Below, one piece after another: positions 12,831-25,640 of a DNA stretch of 64,000 nt. Numbering within the stretch: position 1 is the stretch's first letter; every line of letters begins with the position of its first letter. The notes under the pieces are model-generated. The model did not search any database, had not been told where the DNA came from, and saw nothing but the letters and a program-made list of their open reading frames with translations. Origin of the DNA: Octopus sinensis (Eukaryota); assembly GCF_006345805.1 (NCBI RefSeq), contig NC_043002.1:71362001-71426000 (forward strand), in the 5' to 3' direction. The position numbers were made by a program, and so were the translations under genes.

Positions 12831-12897
12831 CAAGTAGGAAATTTAAGTTTCCTCTTCTTGCGAGAAACATAGTTATAAACAATTGTTCGTCTAAACT

Positions 12898-13056
12898 TAG
12901 AGTACAACAGAGGTCGCCACCATCCTCTGCCGGAGCCTCGTAGAGCTTTTGTTGTTTTTGCTCAATAAATACGCACAACGCCCGGTCTAGGAATCGAAAC
13001 TGTGATTCTCCGACCGCGAGTTCGCTGCCCTAACCACTGGGCCATTGCGTCTCCAC
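12898..13056 (-). mobile_element. SINE family D, 5' part
   Basis: Reverse complement of gtggagacgcaatggcccagtggttagggcagc...gtttcgattcctagaccgggc. Matches the copy at 17427. Confidence 0.85.
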
Positions 13057-13234
13057 TTTACTTCCAATATGCCCAGGTAATGTATAGCCAGTATCATGAT
13101 TTCTTGAGAGCGCAGATTATTGTTTGTATGCTTAATCTATTTTGCTTCATTGTAAAGATGTGTTTTATCTGTTTAATGTTTTCTCTTTATCATGTTCAAT
13201 ATGTCGCTGTGTGGTAAGTAGCAATAGGCGAGAC

Positions 13235-13290
13235 GCTACTCCAGCATGGCCGCAGTCAAATGACTGAAACAAGTAAAAGAGTAAAAGAGT
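13235..13290 (+). mobile_element. Isolated family A / LINE-type 3' tail
   Basis: ctccagcatggccgcagtcaaatgactgaaacaagtaaaagagtaaaagag. Confidence 0.9.
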
Positions 13291-13494
13291 GTGTCCTTTG
13301 TGAGTTGCGTTATTCTTTAGGCATTGCTTATGTTTCGTTTGTTGCAACAGTTATGTAATATTTTAGCTTGATGTCAAGAGCAGAAAAGTGAATACTTTTT
13401 GTTGGTGCTTGGACATATTAACTTATAGATTAACGTTTTTTGAAGAGGATGAGCGGGGTTGTATTATTGTATGGTTTTCGTGTAGATCATCTAC

Positions 13495-13836
13495 ACAGCG
13501 GGGTTCTGATCAGAGCGTCGGGCACACAACCCTGAGGTAGAGAGTTCAATTCCCAGACCGGGATGTGTGTTGTGTTCATTAGCATAACACTTTACTTCAC
13601 GTTGCTCCACTTCCTTCAACCGTGGAAATGAGTTGCGACGCCACTGGTGCCAAGCTGTATCAGCCTTTGCTGTTCTCGTGGATAACATCTGTGACGTGGA
13701 GAGGGAAAGCTGGTATAAATGGGGCGACTGCTGGTCTTCCATAAACAACCTTGCCCGGACTTGTGCTTCGGAGGGTAACATTATAGGTGCAATTCCATGG
13801 TCATTCACGACCGAAGGGGGTCTTTACCCATTACCT
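13495..13836 (+). mobile_element. SINE family C (tRNA head + Meta-like central domain)
   Basis: gagttcaattcccagaccggg-tgtgttgtgttc...gaaatgagttgcgacg. Matches 28143-28472 in the opposite orientation. Confidence 0.85.
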
Positions 13837-14253
13837 TGTGCGGTGAGACATCAGACGTTGTGTTATATAACGTATGTTATTTTATTGGTTGGTGCTGTAC
13901 GAAACATTTTCTTCTAGAATTGGGCTAAGGAATTGAAAACAATTTCTGAGCAGAGGTGTGATCCGCTGTATCATTTTTAATGTTGTGTGTGTATGTCTGC
14001 GTATCTGTCTGTCTGTGTGTATCAGTGTGTGTGTTTGGGTGTGTGCGCGCATTTTCGTTCATCACATAAGCAAGCTATCTATTATAGGATATATAACGGT
14101 AGTTGACACATCGCCCACTAAGATTAGATTTTTATATGAACATGAAAATTCAGTTTGCAGTGAAATCGATTTTTGAAAACAACCTGATATATCTGTTAGA
14201 GTACTTAACAATGGTTATATGCTTTGGGGGTTTTCCCTTTAACTTTTAATGAG

Positions 14254-14412
14254 GATTACATCGACCCTAGTGCGTAACTGGTACTTAATTTATCGACCCC
14301 GAAAAGATGAAATGCAAAGTCAACCTCAGTGGAATTTGAACTCAGAACGTAGCGGCAATCGAAATACCGCTAAGCATTTTGCCCGGCGTGCTAACGTTTC
14401 CGCCAGCTTGCC
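14254..14412 (-). mobile_element. SINE family B
   Basis: gattacatcgaccctagtgcgtaactggtac...cggcgtgctaacgtttccgccagc. Confidence 0.9.
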
Positions 14413-15099
14413 CTCTTATCCCGTATCAGTATAAGCTGAATGAAGGCAACTGAATCACTTGAACGATTTACCTTCGCTCTTTTTTTTTCTGTTATAGTTT
14501 GACATAGTAGTTAAGCCTTAGGACCTTAGGACCTTTAAGGGAATTTTGTTCTTGAGCAAAACGTGGTTCAACTGAAAACCAATAGTGACTATGTGATCTA
14601 ACATCCAAGTGCCCTCTTTAGCTCTCACATTCTCGATGTATCGTTAGATTAATGACAGGAGAACTTCTTGCGATCACGAAAGGTCATGAAAAAAAACATA
14701 AAATACTTGACACATACTATTAGCTATGTGTATTATTTTTTTTTATAATTTGCTTCATAATTTAATAAAACATGACTGTAGTTTGTCTCGGACGGTTTAG
14801 AGTCAACATTTCTGCCGTTCTTTTAACGAAATAGGCGTCGTTTCTGGTTTGTTTGGCAATTCAATCATGTTATATATTGCAGACTGTATTTATTCGGGGA
14901 CTTTTCAGTTACTTGGAGATTTTTTTTCACGTTGTTTTGTTTTAGCTGGTTATAAAGAATTAATCTATCGTACAATAGTATTATTGAATTTGAAAGCCTT
15001 GATTTTATAGAATATGTTTGCTTCATATTTTCTCCAGATATCTTGAAACTTATGTTAATGCAGTCATGTTATGTTCATCTAGAATTATACGTTATCGTT

Positions 15100-16500
15100 C
15101 TATGTTCTCTTCCTTTTCAGTCATTTTCTTATGCTCAAGAAAACCTTTTTGCAATGTTTCGGATTTTTTATCTACATGATAAAGACCTTCACACATTTCA
15201 CAGCGTCATATCCGTGATGAATCTGCTATGATGATTTGCTTAAGTATTTTATTCACTTTTAGGATGGCTTCTCATATATTCATGTTAGTTTTTTCTCTGA
15301 TTATTTGAATTTTATTCTATTCTTCAGATTAAAACGCCTTTTTTTTTCTATTTTACTAAATACAGAAAAGTCTTTTATAAATTATACACAGAATATTTTC
15401 CGTGCACTCTTTTCATTCTTGATTTTTGATATTTTCCCTTTCGGAAACTTGTTTGAAATAGCTGTTACTCTGTTAGGATTGAGCATAATTTCCCCCGATA
15501 ATACCACAGATTCTGAATAGATTAGTTCGTATTCAGGTTGATATTTAGTTTCGTTTCTTTCAATAGAATTTATTATAGAGCCATGATATATCATATATTC
15601 TTTCTTAAAGATGATGCTTATTTATTTGTAACTCTGACATGAATCTTCGTTGATCCATGATAACTGATTTTGTTATGAATGCATCTTCTTTTTATTTCCG
15701 ATAACCTTTTTTTTCCTTATTAAATAATCTGCTGTTATATATGTTACTATTCTATTTATTGTTAAGGGTAGATGGCGAAAAAATACCCTTAGTAGATTCG
15801 TGTTCATTGTATCGTTTTCATGAGGATATTTGTGGTCTTAACTAATATGCTGTCTGTTTTTATTGGGATGACATATCTTGTTTTCTCCCCGTGTGGTATT
15901 TTCCGAGGCTATTTTCATTGTTGTGACAGATCATTATGTTCCTATGTTTTTAGTTGTTTTTGTATACTTTCTATATCTTTTGCTATCATATGAATTTCGC
16001 AGCGGATGTATTGTATTGTATTGTGATGATGTCATTGATTTATAGAAACTTATTTTTCTGTCTCATCGGTTGCTTTATATTATTTGCAGTTATGTATCCA
16101 TTTTTTATTCCTGGGATCATTTTATTTTTTGCTATAAACCTCTGTACTTTTACTTCTGTTTTTCTTTTTATATCTATCTTACTTTTTCATTTTTTCTCTA
16201 ATAATTCCCAAGCATCTTTTATGGCGATCGTGTGTTTTGGATATCGTATAGATATATCATATGTGCGTACACCTTAAATGTATCTTACATTTTTATTTAT
16301 AGCTCCATGGAGTTATTGCTTTACGTAGGTGGACGCTAGCAGGATGAGACATAATTTTTCTTAGCGATTGACCTTATGAAAGGGTATCGGGTCTCTCGCC
16401 TATATTACTTAAGTTTCGAAACGAGATTACATTACACTCATGCTACACTATTCCTCATAAATCATGGGGTGGAAGATTTTGTTATTACTATACTAAACAT
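15100..16500 (-). pseudogene. Very decayed L1-like reverse transcriptase region
   Basis: A-rich minus strand with correctly ordered, eroded motifs: RQGDP-like (~16390), YADD-like (gtgtacgcacatatgat, ~16265), KYLGI-like (~15905) and CEMC (~15190). Many stops. Confidence 0.4.
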
Positions 16501-16724
16501 ATTTCATGCTGGATGTAACTGCATTTTTTTGTTAGGTTTATGTGCCATTGTGCACATATTATTTCAATAGCAAATTTATGTCGAACAAAGAAAAATAAAG
16601 TAATTGTTAGTTCTACAAACGGAGAACTCAACTTACTTCCCTACTTTTCGTTTGTCACTTTTCACCGTAACCATTGTCAACTTGCTAGCACAGACACATA
16701 CACCCACTCACGCATACTTACGCA

Positions 16725-16773
<49 letters not shown>

Positions 16774-17375
16774 GCAGCAGTTTGCAATATTCCACCGACA
16801 AGGCGAATTAAAAATGTGACTAAGTGTGACTAGGGTGTTAGGAAACATTGACATTACTATAAATAGGTGCTAAACCGCTCTCATGTCGTAGTTAACGTAC
16901 ATGAATGAAAACATATACACTAACAAGGATCATAATCGTTCAAAACATGCCGATCAAGAATTCTTAATACTGACGTATCAGTTTCGGCAATCTCCGTTGC
17001 CTCATCAGTTAATACCGCTCGACGGTTCGGCTCTTTCCGGACTCGCTTCGCCATTAGAATTTATGTTTTCGTCCTCCAAATAATTGGATGAATTAGCGAT
17101 TCACTGATATGTAAATATAAAATTAATATCAACAGCAGTTTGCAATGTTTCACCATAAACGTGAATTACAAATGTCCCTAAATGTGAGTAGGATGTAAGA
17201 AAACATCTACATTGCTAGAAATAAGAGCATCCGTACTAAGTAATCTCGATCGCCACTTTTCCGACGATTATGGTCCCTGTACGTTAACTACAGAATATAT
17301 CAGTTTAACTCTTATTTCTAACAATGCAAGTATTTCCTAACACACTAGTCAAATTTAGTGACATTTGTGTGTGTT

Positions 17376-17408
<33 letters not shown>

Positions 17409-17426
17409 GCGTGTGTGTGTATGTGT

Positions 17427-17733
17427 GTGGAGGCGCAACAGCCCAGTGGTTAGGGCAACAGACTCGCGGTCGTAGGATCGCGGTTTCAATTCCCAGACCG
17501 GTCGTTGTGAGTGTTTATTGAGCGAAAACAACTAAAAGCTCCACAAGGCTCCGGCAGGGGTTGGTGGCGATCCCTGCTGTACTCTTTCGCCACAACTTTC
17601 TCACTCTTTTGTTGGCATGCTCGCTTAGCAAGGGGGGTGGCGTCATTTGAAGGCTAAAACAATGCGAAGCGCATTGTGACCAGCGATGTGTAGCAACGTC
17701 TGATAGCCTGAGCGGTCACGGTGATCACAGTGA
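17427..17733 (+). mobile_element. SINE family D, full-length
   Basis: A-box-like gcccagtggttagg, B-box-like gtttcaattccc, body ctccggcagggg...ctctttcgccac. Confidence 0.9.
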
Positions 17734-17869
17734 TATATATATATATATATATATACTTGGAAATGGATGCGTGGCGTTCGATCACATGACAACAAAATAA
17801 TATATAAACATATGCATATATACATACATATATGTACATACCTACATCTATATGTATATATACATACAT

Positions 17870-18440
17870 ATATGGGTCCACGACACCAAAAACACTTTGA
17901 ACACAATGAGAAACGAAAACATAAAAATAAAACATGGAAATGGACTTTTTTTCAAGCAACGAAAAAACAGAGGACAAGACATACAACATAAAGAATATTC
18001 CCCTTCTTCACTTGTGCCCGTTTCAGCAACTCTACGTTTGGAAGGTAAGGACAAGACGCGACTTCATTGAAACAGTCCTTCCCGCAAAGCAAATTAAATC
18101 AAATTTTCGGATTTTTTGCTGAGGGATAAAAGTGGTAACAAGAACAGGGCAGTAAAAACAAAACAAGACAGTAAAAACCATACAAACAAAAACAGTCAAA
18201 GACAGGACAAGGAGAATAACACATTAAAAACAAACGATGAGGGCTGTCTTGGTAGTGGTGTAGAGCACGATATCACATGTCAACCTCAGACAGAAGACAA
18301 GTTATACCCTGCGTGCTAGTGAAAGAATTCAAGCGATGAGGGTATTAATGAATGAATCCGAGAGGTAGGGGAAGATGTAAAAAAAATTGGAAATGTGTGG
18401 AGGCGGAGACGAAATGCACATTAAGAATCACGAGTGACCA
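17870..18440 (-). mobile_element. Penelope-like element 3' end
   Basis: Minus frame FIH*YPHRLNS resembles the PLE GIY-YIG C-terminal 'L.P.GLN' motif. It is followed by T-rich UTR and a decayed (G/C)AAACGTA...(C/G)TGAAGA motif, abutting (TA)n. Confidence 0.55.
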
Positions 18441-20834
18441 CAACTGAACATTGTTTGAAACTATCTCAGTCTGATACTAAATAGATTTTTATATCACCTA
18501 TTGTATGCATGTGTTTGTATAGAGAGATGAATAGACAAATATATATAAATAGATAGAGAGAGGGAGAGAGAGAGAGAGAGAGATGGGGGTGCACAAAGTA
18601 TTCCAAAAGTTAATTTATCATTAATGTAAAGCGTTGGCAGATTTATTTTTAGCGTTCGTAACAATAAAATCCCAATGTTATGTATTGTGCCGACTCTAGT
18701 GTATTATTATTATAGGATTGAAAAGGTATTAGATGTCAAATATTCTTGAGCATTGACTAGATTATTCCTTATCCTGGCTTCGCATCGAACCAAAGGATTC
18801 TTTCTCCTTCGTCCTTCCACAATCAATAACTCAGCAAAAATTCAAATAATATAACTGATATAATTAAATATTCTCCCGGCAACATGTCTAGCATTTTGAC
18901 ATGGTTAGTCTCAACTGCATTTATACTACCTCAGTCTAAGGAATATCGTTTTCTGGATACGATAATCAGACACTAAGCACTCTTCTGTGCGAGAAAAAAC
19001 GTTTAGTCGTATTTTAGAGAAAACTTCCTATCAAAAGACTTCCTGTTTACACCATATACTTTTCTATTTGTTATTTATTCAGAGAATTTTTTAACATATT
19101 TCTATAGCTTCAATTTGCGACCAAAACGGCGGGTAGGACTTCAAAAATGTTTAGACAGAATTTGGTTAAATTATTAAGAAGGCAGTGAGAGATGCAGAGA
19201 GAGAGGGTGAATACGAAAGAGAGAGAGACAGACAGACAGACAGACATGCAGCAGACGGACAGACTCAGAGACAGAGAGACACAGAGAGGGATTAGACATG
19301 CAATCTAATTGATTCTAGCCAGAATTTTATCTAAATTCGTTGAGCTACATTAGAAAGTTGTTTTATGAATGAATGAAGCGATCACGCAGTTGATCATTGC
19401 ATCGGTACTTCCGTTACAGCTGTGCACCCTACGAAACCTTTGAACTCAGAAGTAAAGCCCGTTGAGTATTTACAACTTCTTCGTGAAATACGTTTTGTCA
19501 GGATGACCGATGAGACTTGAAGTGTGCGTGTCAACAGGGCAAAACCACCTTCTTTACATGAATGGTAGAAATGATGGCTTATCTCCGAATGATCTTTCTG
19601 TTAGGAGTTGTGCAGCTTCCAAGTTACAGGGACTACTGAAACACAAATATTGCATTGAGACAGGAAATCGATACTTATGGATCGATATCTTGCAAATATA
19701 TTCAAAAATATCTACCTGTAATCAACTTAGCTCTATCCAACCTACGTAACGAGTAGAGGGTCGTATCACAACTGGGAAAAATTAACAATAGCTGGTAAAA
19801 AATAGATTCAGAACTGGTAAAATGTACATCGTCAATTATCGCATAGAATCATGATGCTTCAAATTCACGCAATAAAATAATATTTTCATAATTTGTATAC
19901 AGAATTCATAGCATTTTCATCAAAATATCAAGTTTTGATTAACAAAATTGAGATATTTACATAGAAATCTCACTTCTAAAATGTAAAAGTTAAAATATGA
20001 ACATTAAGGGCATAAATAGCAGGGAATTGATCGAAACATTCACTATGTTCTGAGTTCAAGGCGTACCAACACAACATTTTCATTTCCTACTTTTACGATC
20101 AATAAAATAACTACTACTGAAATAATAGGATCGATATTATCGACTATTCTTCCTACCGCATTTCTAGCATTTTGCATTAGTTTGTCATAATTATTGCAAC
20201 ATTAACTTACAGTATTTATGTCACGTAGAAACGCTTCTATTTCGAATTGAATTCGTTCATACACATCCGATCAAAATCGAATGCTTCCCTTATAGATAAC
20301 ATCATTACACATACTTCCTTCATTGTGTCTCAGTCTTTTATATCACTTTCTTTTCTCTAGATTTGAATCAAAATTAGAATTGTCTTCTCTTGAATAAAAT
20401 TGCTTTCTTTTGAATAATTACAAGTCTACCTTATCAACTTCGATATTATCATAAATCAAAACTAGTTATCTTTTCTTCTTTCAACCTGACTAGATCTCGG
20501 TCAAAAACAATTAGACTAAACCCCAACTTCATTAAGATTATTCTTTAGATATATCTTTTTAGTTGTTCTACATTCTCGCAATCACAATAGCAGAGCAAAT
20601 GAAGAAAGAATTAGACAGTATGTATTTCCTTTTTTGTCTAAGTTAATTTTTCTCTTGTATTTACCTTCGTCATTCATCTATGTTAAATGCAGCACTCTCA
20701 TCGAATAAACAGACATCGACATATTCGACATATTGCGGAATACTATAAATGTATAAAATAAGAACATATACCAGTATATTGATGGGTATTCGTTTGCAAT
20801 GATATATTTCTGTGTGAGTATGTCTGTGTACGTA

Positions 20835-20920
<86 letters not shown>

Positions 20921-20923
20921 TAT

Positions 20924-21062
20924 AGGTGAACGCATGGCTGTGTGGTAGAAAAGCTTGGTTCCAAGCCATATGATCTCGCGTTCTGTCCCATTGCGTGGAA
21001 CCTTTGGTGGGTTGTTTTTGAGTGGATTTAGTAGGCAGAAATTAAAGGATGCCCGTTGTATA
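20924..21062 (+). mobile_element. SINE family A, 5' module only
   Basis: catggctgtgtggtagaaaagcttggttcc...gaaattaaaggatgcccg. Confidence 0.85.
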
Positions 21063-21108
21063 TAAATGCTTGTGTGTATGTGTGTGTTTATATTCATGCA
21101 TATATATA

Positions 21109-21220
21109 GGCTGTGTGGTATGTAGCTAGCTTACCAGCCACAGGGTTCCGTGGATTTGGTAGACGGAAACTGAAAGAAGCTCGTCGTATATATGCATATA
21201 TGTATGTATATATATGTGTG

Positions 21221-21251
<31 letters not shown>

Positions 21252-21471
21252 CTGTGTGTGTTTGTGTGTCTGTGTTTGTCCCCCAGGAACTCTTGACAAC
21301 GATGCTGGTGTGTTTACGTCCCTGACCCTTAGCGGTTCGGCCAAAGAGTCCGATATAATAAGTACTACTAGGTTTACGAAGAATAAGTTCTGGGGGCGAT
21401 TTCTTCGACTAAACGCGGTGCTCTAGCATGGCCGCAGTCAAATGACTGAAACAAGTAAAAGTATAAAAGAG
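21109..21471 (+). mobile_element. SINE family A with internal deletion
   Basis: Both modules and the tail are present. Confidence 0.9.
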
Positions 21472-21658
21472 TATATGTATGTATATAATATATATAAATG
21501 TGAGTGCGTGTATGTGTATGTTTGAATAAGTTAATATCACAGAAGCCCAAATGCAAATATGGAAGTACGATTAATACTACTACCAGATAGCACCAGTTGA
21601 AATCTGAAGGTGGATGTGCTTTATACTGTTCGTGCCGAGTAAAGAAATCTATACTGTC

Positions 21659-23013
21659 CGTGCCGGTATGTGCGTATACTTGTGCATATAAACTGGTTGT
21701 TTTTAGTAAGGTGGAGGAAGTGTTTCTTCCGCTGGTCGTGGTTGATATAAGCTAGTCCAGTTAGAGTCGTGTCGAAAGTCAATCGGAAGTAGATGTTTCT
21801 TGCAACTGCATTTTAGAATCAGTGCCCAAAAATACAGATTTTCCCCAAATTTGGTTATAGATTGAAAACTGATAATTTTAAGAAATAATGGGCAGATGAA
21901 CGTGAAAATTAGAAAATAGGGAAATGCTATTCTTACTTGAAATTCTGGAAGAGAGGGATCTGTGGTTGGGTGTGTGATAGTCTTTCTCTGTAAAGAATTT
22001 TGCATAAGTGGGGAGGTTGTAAACTGTATTGTTGGAAGGATGGTGTGTGCATAGATTTGTGTGTCAAAATACGATACAATTACTTAAAGGGGATGTGTGG
22101 GACATCGGAGCGTATGTAGTTTAAGTTTTTTGGTAGATGGCATGTCAGCTTAAATGTGAGGATGTGTGATCGCGCGTGTGCGTTTGTGAATATGGATGTC
22201 CATACAGTGCTGTAATACGACGTGCGCGTTGTGAAAGGTGTTATTTATGCGTATGCATGTGCATGAACAAACCGTGTTAAGGTTGGGAAAGCTCTTCTGT
22301 TGTTTTTTTTTTATTTTGCTTCATGCGTGATGCCATGAAACAAAGACAAAAAGGGTTTAAAACGTTGAACATGCTATAACTGAATATGATATTAAAAGTC
22401 GGAAAACATTCCCGATAGCATAGCTGCAACAAACCGATAAATAAATAAATATATAAATAAATGAATAAGAGAAACAGAAGGCAAGTTGGTATACACTCAT
22501 TGTAGGAACAATGGCCGGCGGAAGGAAGGAAAAATAAATAACCATTTCAGAGGGAAGAGTTGACAGAAGGAGAGGCAAGCAGCAGAATAATGTGTGCTTT
22601 TATGTGTAATATAGGTGTTAAGTGATTGACGAATGAGCAGAAATGAAGCAGAAGAAAAAAAGGAAGGGGTTGAGAGAAATGTGTGATTCACAAGTGCGAA
22701 TCAAAACAAAAATTGCTAAAGAATGAAGGTGTGCCAGTACACATGTGTGATGAAGTGCGATTAAAAAGTGGATGTGTTTGTCTATGTGTGTATTCTCGTG
22801 CCGGTGTGTGCGTATACTTGTGCATATAAACGGGTTGTTTTTAGTAAGGAGGAGGGAAGTGTTTCTTTCGCAGGTCGTGGTTGATGTGAGCTAGTCCAGT
22901 TGGAGTCGTGTCGAAAGTCAATCGGAAATAGATGTTTCTTGCAAACTGCATTTTAGAATAAGTGCCCAAAAATACAGATCTTCCCCAAATTTGGTTATAG
23001 ATTGAAAACTGAT
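21659..23013. repeat. Unclassified element bounded by ~215-bp direct repeats (period 1140 bp)
   Basis: 21659-21873 and 22797-23013 are about 88-90% identical by eye. Confidence 0.85.
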
Positions 23014-23128
23014 TATGTATGCTTCAAAGTTGGGATCGATACAATCTAGATTATTTTTCATTTAATTGTATGTATGTATGTATGTATGTATGTATGTATG
23101 TATGTATGTATGTATGTATGTATGTATG

Positions 23129-23162
<34 letters not shown>

Positions 23163-23190
23163 TGATGTATGTATGTATGTATGTATGTAT

Positions 23191-23269
<79 letters not shown>

Positions 23270-23273
<4 letters not shown>

Positions 23274-23510
23274 CCTTCTCGAGTCATGCCAGGCTACTGG
23301 TTTCTCGGTTTCAGTGGCGTAGAAATTCCCCACATGGACGGGACGCCGGTTCGTCGCAAGATTACTCATTTATGCCAGCTGAGTGGATAGGAGCAACGTG
23401 AAATGAAGTGTTTTGCTCAGGAACACAACGCATCACCCGGTCCAGGAATCGAAACCACAACCTTACACTCATGAGTTCAATACCCTAACCACTAAGCCAC
23501 GCGCCTCCAC
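23270..23510 (-). mobile_element. SINE family E (tRNA head + Meta-like domain + distinct tail)
   Basis: Reverse complement of gtggaggcgcgtggcttagtggttaggg...gtttcgattcctggaccggg-tgcgttgtgttcctgagcaaaacacttcatttcacgttgctcc. Confidence 0.85.
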
Positions 23511-23699
23511 ACCCACACACATATATATATCAACGTGTACGTACGCCGTTGGGCTTCGCTTCATTCTTACCTTCCCCCCTCTTTCACTACACTCTGTCTC
23601 TTTTCTTTCTTCTTTCTTTCTCGTCCCTCCTCAATTGCTCTACCCTTTGCCTCTACATCTCTCCTCTACTTCCACGTGAGCGGTGTTCTGACAAGCCAG

Positions 23700-24120
23700 A
23701 CCTTTCTTGTTTGGTTCGACTACCATCCGTACAACATCTATATTCCTTCCCATGCCTGCAATCTCTTATGTCTCTGCCGTAAGGCTTCACATCCACACAC
23801 GCCAGCGTAATTTAATTCGTCAATAGTCAAGATACAACTGTTGTTTGCATTTGTGTTTTTTTACCATTTCTCCGTTTTTCCACCGTCCTTGTTTTCTGCT
23901 TTCTTCAAGGGAATCTAGTGCTCTTAGCTTAGACTTTCCTTGGGGCTAGCAAGATTGTACCAGTCACGAGTATAACCAGCCGGAAATACAAGGATGATCT
24001 GGAACTCGACTGAGGAAAGAAAACTTCGAATGACTCGGTCTTGTTTTTCCGTGTCCCTTTTTGTATTATTTAACTGTGTGGATATTTTGTTGTTGCCTAT
24101 TACATTCTTGTCCCTTCTTA
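23700..24120 (+). mobile_element. Probable PLE 3' terminus
   Basis: HPH-like peptide remnant, T-rich UTR and CTGAGGA-stem-CGAA motif at 24010, abutting (TA)n. Confidence 0.45.
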
Positions 24121-24190
<70 letters not shown>

Positions 24191-25640
24191 CATATATGTT
24201 TATGTATCTAATTATATATATATATATATATGAATATGAATATATGCTTATATATCTATCTATCTATATCTATATCTATATATATATAAATATCTTTGTG
24301 ATTTCGTGTTTGGATTAACTATATATATATATGAATGTGAGTGTGTGTTATGAGTACAAATGCACACACGCATGCGCACACACATTTGTGTGAGCACGTT
24401 TGTATCTGAAAGCTATCAATGTACAAAAATACAGGCCATTGTACTCAAATGCACTCACAGACACACACGCATACACAAAAGATCCATAAACACATGCGTG
24501 CGCCTGTGTGCATTGCTGCATGTATGCCTGTAGATATACATCCATTAATCTAACATCAAATGGTTGGATTGAAATATGCATCGCCATATCAAGTCTCTCG
24601 GATGCTTTAATACTGTGAATTATACTGAATTAAATCAGTATAAAATCATCTAAATCATGCGATACGTTTTATGTACCTGCGTCTAATTGTCATGACAAAT
24701 ATTCAGCCTTCCTAGCATTTATTCATTACACGTTTCTTTCGCTTGTACTCTACTCGTAGTTATCTCCCCTACTGTTCTCTTAATCTCTCTGCCCCTGTCT
24801 CTCTGTCTTTGTATATGTGTGTGTTAGTGTGTGTGTGTATGTATGTGTGTATTTGTTTGTGTATGTGTGCGTGTGTATGTGCATCTATCTATACGTAGTT
24901 ACGATGTTCTATTTTTTCAGTTTCCCTTTGCATTTATAAGTCCGACAGGCCCAAGTGACCACGCACTGGAACCGAACCCAAGACCACATTTTGAAGCAAG
25001 GTTTGCAACACCCAACCACGCCTGAAGCCACACGCGCGTGTGTGTGTGTTTGTGGGTACATGTGTACATGCGTATCTATATCTTTTTTTCTGAAAAGTGA
25101 AGGCAGATACTTCTACTTGGAAGTGATGTATAATTCACTCAAGCACTCTTCATATTAGTCTGTGGCTGAGATTCCCAAGCTTAGAGGATATGTAATTATG
25201 CTTCCTTCAGATGATACTGACATAATTTATGTTTTTTACATCACCCAGGATATTAACTTTTCAAAATCGATGTTTCTGCTGCAAAAAAAGAAAAAAATAC
25301 CAACTAAATAACTGATGTAAAAAGGGGTAAATGATGAAATCTTTGAAGAATTAAGCTTGCACAAGTCATCCATCTCATAAGAACCCATCCGAAAATGACA
25401 TTGTGGTATGGTCTAACAGTAAGGTATGATGTCGTAGACAAATCATTACACAATGCAAATTTTAAAGGTGATAATCATTAGGATAAAAGTGTAAGAATGT
25501 GACATGTGGAATGTATTCATTCCTGATAGGAAAGAAAACTGGTGGAAAATTCCTTGAAAAACTTATGTGAATGCAAGGACAGGCATAATGATCTGAATGT
25601 GAGGGATTACGTTGAGCAGAGTAGCGGATATCCTTTGCCC

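Noticed and set aside
19510-19749. 79-aa ORF and overlapping signal-peptide-like MMAYLRMIFLLGVV in unique sequence
   Set aside because: No recognisable homology, no convincing splice pair, and it stops after 22 codons.
25390-25620. Possible RTE C-terminal relic (LWYG...)
   Set aside because: Too eroded to list as a supported feature.
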